Assembly: GCA_030693325.1 (NCBI GenBank)
Contig: JAUYAV010000011.1
Coordinates: forward strand, 109,603 to 173,602
Length of the DNA stretch: 64,000 nucleotides
From: a bacterium
GTDB taxonomy: Bacteria > Patescibacteriota > Minisyncoccia > UBA6257 > MFKM01
Direction of reading: 5' to 3'
The position numbers were made by a program, and so were the translations under genes. Positions 51,784 to 60,030 of this stretch are shown here, piece after piece. Position 1 is the stretch's first letter. The number at the start of each line of letters is the position of its first letter. The notes beneath the pieces were generated by a model. That model saw only the letters and a list, made by a program, of their open reading frames with translations. It did no database searches and was not told where the DNA came from.

Positions 51784-51873
51784 TAATGATATTTATATTT
51801 AGTTGCTTGACAAAATTTTAAAATAAAATACCATTATCGTCAAACGGCACATTAAAAACAAAAGGAGGAAATC

Positions 51874-52335
51874 ATGGAAAAAATTCAGAAGATTCTTGAG
51901 AAGATAAACGGCAAAGGATGGAACTTGTATTACCGCGGCAAACCCGACGAAAAAATCGGCTTACCGGAAACCTACCAATTGGGACCGGCCAAAATTTTAG
52001 AAAAAGGAATATCCTATATAATCCTTCCCCGCGTTGAAAAGCCAACCGACCAAACCATGATTGAGTCCTTTAAAGCCAAACATCAAATCCTGCCCAAAAT
52101 CAGCCTGCCGCGAAAAGGATTCCCGTATTCTCTCGGGACAAAAATACTCGGATCCGAAGGCGGACCCCAAGAAGAAATTGACCTTCGCCCCGGAGAAGAA
52201 ATTTTTTTCATCGGGATTGAACTCCAAAATGAAGCAATCCGGCTGATTACACAGCAAAAAACATTTATACCTTATGATGTTTTTCTGGAGGCGCTAAACG
52301 CTCTTCAGGACATTACCTCCTTGACGGCTGTTTAA
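51874..52335 (+). CDS. Hypothetical protein
   Basis: 153-aa ORF with promoter TTGACA-16-TACCAT, SD AAGGAGG and a terminator at 52351-52385. Confidence 0.7.
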   Translation: MEKIQKILEKINGKGWNLYYRGKPDEKIGLPETYQLGPAKILEKGISYIILPRVEKPTDQTMIESFKAKHQILPKISLPRKGFPYSLGTKILGSEGGPQEEIDLRPGEEIFFIGIELQNEAIRLITQQKTFIPYDVFLEALNALQDITSLTAV

Positions 52336-52449
52336 TGAGTATTATTAAACAAAAAACCGTTCCGATGCGCATCGGAACGGTTTTTACTTGATTAAATTTT
52401 ATTTCTATTGATTTGCCTTTCAAATTTTATTTCTATAAAATGAAGTCAT

Positions 52450-52750
52450 TCCGACGTAGCTCAGTGGTAGAGCGACTCCCTGTAAATTTAAAATTGCAGC
52501 TTTCCCGAGTAATCGGGATTGAAAAACGAGGTGAATTCGGGGAAACCCTATAAAAGGGCAATCCCGAGCCAAGCCCCGACTTAACGTCGAGGAAGGTGTA
52601 GAGACTATCCCGAAAGGGAGTACTCCAAATAAAATTGGGGGAAGCGCCTCGCACCCTCTAAAAAAGAGGGTGATGATATAGTCCGTCCCCAATGGAAACT
52701 TTGGGATAAACGTAAGGAGACGGTCGTAGGTTCGAATCCTACCGTCGGAG
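52450..52750 (+). tRNA. tRNA-Asn(GTT) interrupted by a group I intron (exons 52450-52483 and 52713-52750)
   Basis: Joined exons give acceptor stem tccgacg/cgtcgga, G73, loop ct-GTT-aa, a short variable loop and GTTCGAATC. Confidence 0.88.
52484..52712 (+). ncRNA. Group I self-splicing intron, 229 nt, no ORF
   Basis: P1 ctgt/gcag with U-G at the splice site; P gaattcggggaa, Q aatcccgagc, R gtagagacta, S atgatatagtcc; P3 cgaggtg/cgcctcg; terminal omega-G at 52712. Confidence 0.9.
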
Positions 52751-52956
52751 CAAACAAAAAATCGCCTATTGGGCGATTTTTTGGTAGAATAAATTTATAT
52801 TAAATCAAATATAGTCGGAATTATTTTCATCGTACTTGGTATACTATTAGCCACAATCAACAAGGGATTGGTAGGCACATTTCTTGGATCAGGAATAACA
52901 ATTACTGTAATAAACATTCTTAAATATTACAAAACAAAGAAAAAAGGATAACTTTT

Positions 52957-53886
52957 ATGAAGGAGTATTTTTTTGATGCCGATGGTGTTAGGTTAAACTA
53001 TGTTAAAGGGGATAATAATGGCCCTGCCTTAGTATTAATTCCTGGACAGAGCACTACATGGCAAAGTTACGAACCCGTTTTTAAGGGTTTGAGTAAAAAT
53101 TTTCAAGTATATTCTTTAAGTATCAGGGGTCATGGTAAAAGTGATTGGACTACTGGCGATTATAATTTTGATAGCATAGGAAAGGATGTAACGCTTTTTT
53201 TGGAAAAAATTATTAAACGCCCCACAATCCTTGTTGGCAATTCTAGCGGAGGTTTGATTAGTTTATGGATAGGTGTTAATAAACCAGAATTAGTAACTGG
53301 TGTTATTTTGGAAGACGCTCCTTTATTTAGCGCTGATTGGCCGCGGATAAAAAAAGAATTTGTATATGAAGTATTAAGTAAAACTGCTAAGTATTTGGGC
53401 AAAGAAGGTGGTGCTGATTATGTGGGTTTTTTAAATAGCATAGAAAGGCCATTGCTCAACGGCAAAACCAAAACCTTGCCTAAGTTATTAAGCAAGGGTT
53501 TAGCTTGGTTAATATATAATAGAGAATATAGACCAGGAAAAGTTATTATTAATACTCTTCCCAGGATTTTAAAAATGTTGGTTCGTATTATTCCTACTTT
53601 TGATCCTGATTTTTCAAGAGCGTGGGTTGATGGCAGGATTTATAAGGGATTAGATCACGAGGATGCTTTGAAAAAAATTAAAGTTCCTTTGCTAATTATT
53701 CATGCTAATTGGTTTAGAACAGAGAAGGGCTTGGTTGGGGCTATGGATGACAATGACGCAGAAAAGGCTAAAAGATTAGCGCCTCATGCCAAATATATCC
53801 GGATAAAAACACAACACTCGATTCACTCCGGAAAACCGAAAGAGTTTATCAGAATTATTAACGAATTCAAGAAAGATATAAAATAA
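52957..53886 (+). CDS. Alpha/beta hydrolase
   Basis: LIPGQ, RGHGKS, GNSSGG nucleophile elbow and C-terminal His. Confidence 0.88.
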   Translation: MKEYFFDADGVRLNYVKGDNNGPALVLIPGQSTTWQSYEPVFKGLSKNFQVYSLSIRGHGKSDWTTGDYNFDSIGKDVTLFLEKIIKRPTILVGNSSGGLISLWIGVNKPELVTGVILEDAPLFSADWPRIKKEFVYEVLSKTAKYLGKEGGADYVGFLNSIERPLLNGKTKTLPKLLSKGLAWLIYNREYRPGKVIINTLPRILKMLVRIIPTFDPDFSRAWVDGRIYKGLDHEDALKKIKVPLLIIHANWFRTEKGLVGAMDDNDAEKAKRLAPHAKYIRIKTQHSIHSGKPKEFIRIINEFKKDIK

Positions 53887-54590
53887 TGCCGAATAAATAT
53901 TTAATAGGAATAGATATTGGGGGGACAAAAACGAGAGGAGTTCTTTTGGATGGAAGAAAAATTATCAGGACTCTGGAAATTCCCACCACCAAAAACAAAG
54001 AAGGACTCAAAAGAGAACTTAAAAAAATTGTTAAAAAATTAAAACCAGAAAAAAGAAATTTTTCAATTGGAATTGGGGTAGCCGGGATAATTAAAAAAAC
54101 TACTCTTCTTTTTGCTCCTAATATTGGGATTAAAAATTTTAATTTCAAAAAAATTTTTTCAGGCATTCCCTTGAAGATTGATAACGATGCCCGTTCTTTT
54201 TTAAGAGGAGAAATTTTATTAGGAATAGCTAAAGAAGCAAAAAATGCCTTTGGTTTTACCATTGGTACGGGAATTGGTCGGGCTTATGCCCAAAAAGGAG
54301 TCGTAAAGAAAATAAAAAAATTTGAATATCCGGAAAAATGGGAAAAAGAATATCAAAAAATTCGAGACCAGAAGAACGACTTAAAACTTATCAAATTTTT
54401 AGGGGTTAAACTCTCAAATTTATTGAAGCAATATAGAGCTGAAACGATTATAATAGGTGGAGGTCTAATAGAACAGAAAGATTTTTTTAAAAAACTTACA
54501 AAAGAACTCCGAAAACAAGGGATAAAAAGCAAAATCAAACCTTCTAACCTTGGAAGAAATTCTGCCGCAATTGGCGCTACTTTAATTTAA
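53886..54590 (+). CDS. ROK family sugar kinase (short)
   Basis: GIDIGGTK, DNDA, TIGTGIG and SAAIGA. Confidence 0.85.
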   Translation: MPNKYLIGIDIGGTKTRGVLLDGRKIIRTLEIPTTKNKEGLKRELKKIVKKLKPEKRNFSIGIGVAGIIKKTTLLFAPNIGIKNFNFKKIFSGIPLKIDNDARSFLRGEILLGIAKEAKNAFGFTIGTGIGRAYAQKGVVKKIKKFEYPEKWEKEYQKIRDQKNDLKLIKFLGVKLSNLLKQYRAETIIIGGGLIEQKDFFKKLTKELRKQGIKSKIKPSNLGRNSAAIGATLI

Positions 54591-55863
54591 TGTTTCCCAA
54601 AATATAAAGTTTTAAGTTGTCTAAAATATACCTGGGCATTAAAAAATGCCGTTTTACCGATTCTCTGGCTCTTCTTCCAAGTTTTTCTCTTAACTTTTCG
54701 TCTTTTAACAGACGGACAATCCATTTGGCCATTTCCTCGGGTGAAGTAACTAAAATTCCGTTTTTCTTATTTTCTATCTGAAGCCGAGAACCAGCCGTTA
54801 TTCCGGCAATTATTGGTTTTCCTTTCCACATTGCCTCGGTTATTGTTAAACCAAAACCTTCGCGAATGCTTCCCTGAACCATTATCGGACTTGCAGTACA
54901 AAAAGCGTTGATTAAAATATCATCTGAAATATTTTTTAATTGCTTTGGATTATAAAAAAAATGAATATTGAGGTCTCCTTTCTCATGTTTTCTTATCTGT
55001 TTAAAAGACGAAATCGCTTCGGGATCGTCCTGGGCTTCAAAAAATCCCACCTGAACCAATTGAAGATCGGGAATTTTATTTTTAGCTAAATAGTAGGCCT
55101 GAATTACTCCCAACTGTCCTTTCCAGGGATCAAACCGGGAAACTTGAACGATGATCGGTTTTGTAGGAGTAATACCATGATCCACAATAATTTCTCTTGC
55201 CACCTCTGGGCTCATTGATTTGTTTTTGTCTGAAAAAGGGTCAATGGCCGGATAAATAATTTTAAGTTTTGATTTTTTAATCCAGGGCAAAGCTAAGGCA
55301 TAATCTTTATTGCTTATAATAACCTGGTCGTAATTAATGATAAAAGGTCTTAAAAATTCAAGCACCGATGGATTTGGCAATGATAAATCAATATGGAGAC
55401 GCAATAAGGAAGAAAAATTTTTAGGGACTATCTTTATTAACGGAAGCGGCTGTGGATCGTGAATTATGACAATACCATTTTTAAATCGCTTCAGAAACTC
55501 AGCCAATTCTCTTCCCAGCTCGCGATTTACAGAAAGAAAAAATTCTTTTTCTTTCTCTGAAAGAAATCCAACCTTCCCTTGTAAAAGATTGTGAATTTTT
55601 TTGGTAATAACAAAAAATCGACGCTCTGCTTTAATAACAAGCCAGTGGCTTTCAATCCCCAAAGATTTTTCTAAAGGTATTTGGCTTCTTAATATTTCTG
55701 CCACTCCGCCTCCGGATGAAGTTGAGTTAATATGAATGATTGCTTTTTTTCTTATTTTCTTTGCGCGAGTCAAAACTTCATGACAGGTTTTAGGGTCCAG
55801 CTTTTGATATTCTTTAATGCTTTTTGAAGCCCAATCTAATTTAATTTCTTCAAGTTCAGCCAT
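54577..55863 (-). CDS. TreT-like trehalose synthase (GT4)
   Basis: INSTSSGGGVAEIL, IHDPQP, RLHID, QVSRFDPWK, DDPE and EGFGLTITEAMWKG. Confidence 0.85.
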   Translation of the reverse strand: MAELEEIKLDWASKSIKEYQKLDPKTCHEVLTRAKKIRKKAIIHINSTSSGGGVAEILRSQIPLEKSLGIESHWLVIKAERRFFVITKKIHNLLQGKVGFLSEKEKEFFLSVNRELGRELAEFLKRFKNGIVIIHDPQPLPLIKIVPKNFSSLLRLHIDLSLPNPSVLEFLRPFIINYDQVIISNKDYALALPWIKKSKLKIIYPAIDPFSDKNKSMSPEVAREIIVDHGITPTKPIIVQVSRFDPWKGQLGVIQAYYLAKNKIPDLQLVQVGFFEAQDDPEAISSFKQIRKHEKGDLNIHFFYNPKQLKNISDDILINAFCTASPIMVQGSIREGFGLTITEAMWKGKPIIAGITAGSRLQIENKKNGILVTSPEEMAKWIVRLLKDEKLREKLGRRARESVKRHFLMPRYILDNLKLYILGNIKLK

Positions 55864-56029
55864 AAAATTTTTTCTGCCAAAGATTTCTAACGAGGTTAAC
55901 CTATTTTATTTTATACTATTGCGCTTTCTAAAGAAAGCGCTTCGGAAGCTCAAAAACCCGAAAAAACAAAGTGACCTTAAAACAAAAACCGCCTTTTAAT
56001 CAAAGACAGTTTTTGTTATGATAATTTAA

Positions 56030-56884
56030 ATGACAGATTTTATTGATAAAATTGCAAAACTTCTAATTCCATGGCTTCTTTCCCAAGGGATAAAAATTAT
56101 AGGCATAATTATTATTGCCTATTTGGTCAGAAGATTTAGCAAGGTCTTTATTGAAAAAGCAATCAGGACAGCAGTGGTGGCTAATCATTATTTATCAAAA
56201 GAGGCCGAGAAAAAAAGAGAAGATACATTGATTAGAATTTTCTCCGGCGGGATTGGAATAGTAATTTTAATCATTGCTCTATTGATGGTTTTACAGGAAA
56301 TTGGAATTGCCACCGGACCGATTTTGGCGGCGGCAGGAATTGCCGGTTTAGCTTTCGGTTTTGGCGGACAGTATCTAATCCGCGATATTATTTCAGGGAT
56401 TTTTATCATTCTAGAAAATCAATATCGAATTGGCGACGTGGCTTGTTTTGACGGCACTTGCGGTCTAGTTGAGGATATCAGTATGAGAATGACTACTTTA
56501 AGAGATTTAGACGGCACCGTTCATCACGTTCCCCACGGTGAGATTAAAAAAGTTTCCAATCTCACAAAACATTTTGCCAGAGTCAATCTTAACGTCGGCG
56601 TTGCCTATAGTTCAGATTTAGAAAAAGTGATTGAGGTGGTAAATCAAGTCGGCCAGGAACTGGCCGTCGACCCCCAATGGAAGGATTTCGTCATCAAGCC
56701 GCCCCAGTTTTTGCGCGTTGACGATTTTGCCGAATCGGCGATTATAATCAAAATTCTTGGCGAGACACAGCCCATCAAGCAATGGGACGTGACTGGCGAA
56801 CTCCGCAAACGGCTCAAAATCGCTTTTGATAAAGAAGGAATTGAAATCCCGTTCCCCCAGCGGGTAATCCACCAACAGAAATAA
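56030..56884 (+). CDS. Small-conductance mechanosensitive channel (MscS/YbiO-like)
   Basis: GLAFGFGGQ, ENQYRIGD and GIEIPFPQ. Confidence 0.92.
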   Translation: MTDFIDKIAKLLIPWLLSQGIKIIGIIIIAYLVRRFSKVFIEKAIRTAVVANHYLSKEAEKKREDTLIRIFSGGIGIVILIIALLMVLQEIGIATGPILAAAGIAGLAFGFGGQYLIRDIISGIFIILENQYRIGDVACFDGTCGLVEDISMRMTTLRDLDGTVHHVPHGEIKKVSNLTKHFARVNLNVGVAYSSDLEKVIEVVNQVGQELAVDPQWKDFVIKPPQFLRVDDFAESAIIIKILGETQPIKQWDVTGELRKRLKIAFDKEGIEIPFPQRVIHQQK

Positions 56885-57028
56885 AGACAAATATTTAAGA
56901 ACGAAAACTTAACCAAAAAGCAACGATTGATTTTCGTATCTAATCGATTACCTTTGTGGGATTAGAACTTTTTCCACTCTTTTAGTATAATGAATATGGA
57001 TATTTATTATTAAATTAATTACCAAAAT

Positions 57029-57736
57029 ATGAAAAACAAAATTTTAGTAACTAGCGTCTTGGCACTTGCTTTCATTTTTGCATTTAATGCTTATGCCATA
57101 GGTCAAAATAGCACGGGCGGAGCTGGAGCTGGCAACCAAGTCCAGCAACAAACCCAAACCGCCAATCAAGGCGAAGACAGCCAAATCCAAGCGCAAAATA
57201 ATAAACAGGTTCAAAGCGGAAATACAACGGGAACAAATACAGGAACGCAAACACAGCAACAAAATCAGGGAGAAGCTAATCAGATAAAAAATGAAGAACA
57301 GAAGGAGCAAATCAATGCCGAACAGCATCGCAGTACTGTAGCAAATTTTGTTCAGGGCGTTTTGAAAACAGCCAGCAGCACCGAAGGCGGGATAGGACAA
57401 CAGATTAGGGTTATCGCTCAGCAGCAAAATCAGTCGGAAAACACAACAATTCAGGCAATGGAAAAAATTCAGACAAGAAGCAAAATAAAAACATTCTTTT
57501 TAGGTTCTGATTATAAAAACTTGGGATCATTGAGAAGCGAAACGGTTCAAACCAAAAACAGATTGGAGCAATTAAACAGATTAATGGAGAATATTCAGAA
57601 TGAAGGAGATAAAACAGAACTTCAAAATCAAATTCAGACATTGGAGCAGGAACAAACAAAGATTGAAAGTTTTATAAAAGCGCAGGAAGGCAAATTTAGT
57701 TTATTTGGCTGGGTATTCAGATTGTTTGCCGAATAA
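57029..57736 (+). CDS. Secreted Gln-rich coiled-coil protein
   Basis: Signal peptide, Q/N/T-rich region and C-terminal FSLFGW. Confidence 0.7.
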   Translation: MKNKILVTSVLALAFIFAFNAYAIGQNSTGGAGAGNQVQQQTQTANQGEDSQIQAQNNKQVQSGNTTGTNTGTQTQQQNQGEANQIKNEEQKEQINAEQHRSTVANFVQGVLKTASSTEGGIGQQIRVIAQQQNQSENTTIQAMEKIQTRSKIKTFFLGSDYKNLGSLRSETVQTKNRLEQLNRLMENIQNEGDKTELQNQIQTLEQEQTKIESFIKAQEGKFSLFGWVFRLFAE

Positions 57737-57946
57737 TTTCTTAAACTCGGTATTTTTATGCCCGTGGCCTCAAAGCAGGTATGTAAATATACTCATTTCC
57801 CCTCTCAAAGATAGTTCTAACGTTATCCACAACGCGGAGCCAAACAAAAATCGCCAATACGGCGATTTTTTGGTACACTAAAGCGATAAAAGGTCAATAA
57901 AAATGCTATAATGATTACTACCAATCTTGATTAAAAAATATGAAAT

Positions 57947-58135
57947 ATGAAAATTTTTAGAGCAAGGACATTTCGGTGGTGGGAAATAGGTTTAATAAAA
58001 GTCTGCCTTATTCCATTGGGTATTATATTGGGCATATATTTCCATACTTACCTTGCGGGTTTTTTGTGGCTTTGGTGGATGTTATTTATAACAACGGCAA
58101 TCTATTTTATTACTCGATTTGTGTACGAAAAATAA
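57947..58135 (+). CDS. Small membrane protein
   Basis: 62 aa with two hydrophobic segments. Confidence 0.55.
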   Translation: MKIFRARTFRWWEIGLIKVCLIPLGIILGIYFHTYLAGFLWLWWMLFITTAIYFITRFVYEK

Positions 58136-58186
58136 AAGTAGACTTTCTGGTCTTAATTTAGTTATAGCCATAACAATATATTATTT

Positions 58187-58429
58187 ATGAACCCCTTTGA
58201 CAAAATAGAAGAAACGAAAAAAGAGGCAAAAGAAAAAATGCTAACCTTAATTTTAGCCGGCTTTGGGTTAGTAGCGGCTTTGGCATGGAATGATGCTATT
58301 CAAACCTTGTTCAGGCTTCTTTTCCTAGAAAGCGATGGGGTAATTGGAAAATTTATTTACGCGGTAATTGTGACAATTTTTATAGTTTTTATTTCTTCGC
58401 ATTTGAAAAAAATCAGTGAAAAAATCTAG
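58187..58429 (+). CDS. Small membrane protein (DUF5654-like)
   Basis: AGFGLVAALAWNDAI motif. Confidence 0.7.
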   Translation: MNPFDKIEETKKEAKEKMLTLILAGFGLVAALAWNDAIQTLFRLLFLESDGVIGKFIYAVIVTIFIVFISSHLKKISEKI

Positions 58430-58461
58430 TAATAAAATTAAAGTTCTGTTATAATGTAATT

Positions 58462-59037
58462 ATGAAGTGTCCAAAGTGCAAAAAAGAATTATCGGAAAAA
58501 ATTAAAATCGGCGATGTCAAAATTGACCGTTGTTCCGGGTGCGGCGGACTTTGGTTTGAAAAAGACGAATTGCGTCTGGCTAAAGATAAAAAAGCTCCGG
58601 AAGCCAAATGGGTGGATGCCGAGATTAAAGACAAAAGCATTAATTGGTTCCAATTTGAATTCTGGAAAGATAAAATAAAATTTAAAATTAAGAAAGGGTT
58701 AAAATACTGCCCGACTGACGATATACCTCTTTATCAGCTTAATTATGATGATACGCCGATTGAAATTGATGTTTGCGGCATCTGTTTCGGTATCTGGCTT
58801 GATAAGGGCGAGTTTAAAAAAATTATTGATTATGTAAAAAATAAAGCCGACTACGAAGTGCTTTATAATTACGCGAAAAATCTAGCCGAGGAAACAAAAG
58901 AAATTTTTATAGGGCCGGAAAGCGTCAAATCCGAAGTAGTGGACTTATTGATGCTTATCAAGCTCCTGAAGTATAAATTAATGGTACAGCACCCGGAATT
59001 GGTTAAATTAATTTCCATTATTCCGTTACCAAAGTAG
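58462..59037 (+). CDS. Tandem zf-TFIIB zinc-ribbon protein
   Basis: CPKC...CSGCGGLWFEKDEL and CPTD...CGICFGIWLDKGEF. Confidence 0.82.
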   Translation: MKCPKCKKELSEKIKIGDVKIDRCSGCGGLWFEKDELRLAKDKKAPEAKWVDAEIKDKSINWFQFEFWKDKIKFKIKKGLKYCPTDDIPLYQLNYDDTPIEIDVCGICFGIWLDKGEFKKIIDYVKNKADYEVLYNYAKNLAEETKEIFIGPESVKSEVVDLLMLIKLLKYKLMVQHPELVKLISIIPLPK

Positions 59038-59205
59038 AATAAAAAAGTTAGGCCGTTAACGCCAAGTCAGGTATATAAATATACTCATTTTTTCGCTGGA
59101 TAATGATTCTAATGTCGTTCACAATGCGAAGTCAAGAAGGACATTTTCCTTTACCGGTATTTTCTGCTACACTCAGAATATTATTAACTAATAAATAAAA
59201 GCTAT

Positions 59206-59328
59206 ATGGCAAGAAGAAGAAAGAGGATAGGAGAGCATAAAAAATCGCATTCCCATAAAACCAAGAAACGATTGGGAATAAAGAGGCTTATGCTCCAAGC
59301 TAAAGCGAATAAAAGAAAGCAAAAATAG
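59206..59328 (+). CDS. 40-aa highly basic small protein
   Basis: MARRRKRIGEHKKSHSHKTKKRLGIKRLMLQAKANKRKQK*; followed by a terminator at 59344-59380. Confidence 0.55.
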   Translation: MARRRKRIGEHKKSHSHKTKKRLGIKRLMLQAKANKRKQK

Positions 59329-59397
59329 TATTAGGATTGTAATAAAAGCAAAGACGCCCACCGTGGGCGTCTTTGCTTTTATACTATCTGAAAAATA

Positions 59398-59655
59398 TTA
59401 GGAAAGATGTTTGGAAACGAGTTTTGTCATTTCAAACATATTGACGACTTCTTTCCCGCCAAATACTTTTTTCAAATTTTCGTCAGCAACGATATTCCGC
59501 TTGTCCTTGGTGTCCTGAAGGTTGTGTCCTTTGATATACACCCAAAGTTTTTTAACAACCTCGGATCTGGGCATGGGGCCATTGCCGACTACCGCCGCTA
59601 ACTCCGCGCTGACATTCAGCGGCTTCATAAACGCAGAATTGATTTTTTTCTCCAT
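59398..59655 (-). CDS. SWIB/MDM2 domain protein
   Basis: SAELAAVVG..PMPRSEVVKKLWVYIKGHNLQD...MFEMTKLVSKHL. Confidence 0.9.
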   Translation of the reverse strand: MEKKINSAFMKPLNVSAELAAVVGNGPMPRSEVVKKLWVYIKGHNLQDTKDKRNIVADENLKKVFGGKEVVNMFEMTKLVSKHLS

Positions 59656-60030
59656 AAAATTGTTTATTAATTTATTCAAATACGACCTTTATGCAATTAT
59701 ACATAATTTACGGGTAAATAGTAAGCCCCCAGAATCAAGCGGGGTTTTGTTTACTCCGAACGCTGAACGAAATCCGCCCTGCCCGTCCGTAGCCCTGCCT
59801 GCTGGCGAGGCAGGTTGTATATAGTATTCGCCAAGATTTTTTGGGTTCAATCGCCACCTTTTGCGAAAGCAAAACGCGGTTCGAGCCAATGATTGCCGTT
59901 TCGCTCAAAATCCTTTTTTGAGGAAAAATTATAGTTTTCAAAAAAATTACCGGGAAATATCCCTAAAATAAAGCCTTTTAGAGCTTTATTACAATTTGCT
60001 TGTTTAGTGGCAATTTGCTACAATATTTAC

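Noticed and set aside
52450-52490. tRNA-Tyr(GTA) reading of the 5' exon
   Set aside because: No long variable arm; acceptor and discriminator fit Asn; P1 geometry puts the splice site after U35
52420-52692. Minus-strand ORFs over the intron as a possible homing endonuclease
   Set aside because: They are antisense to the intron, lack LAGLIDADG, HNH or GIY-YIG motifs, and the intron is only 229 nt
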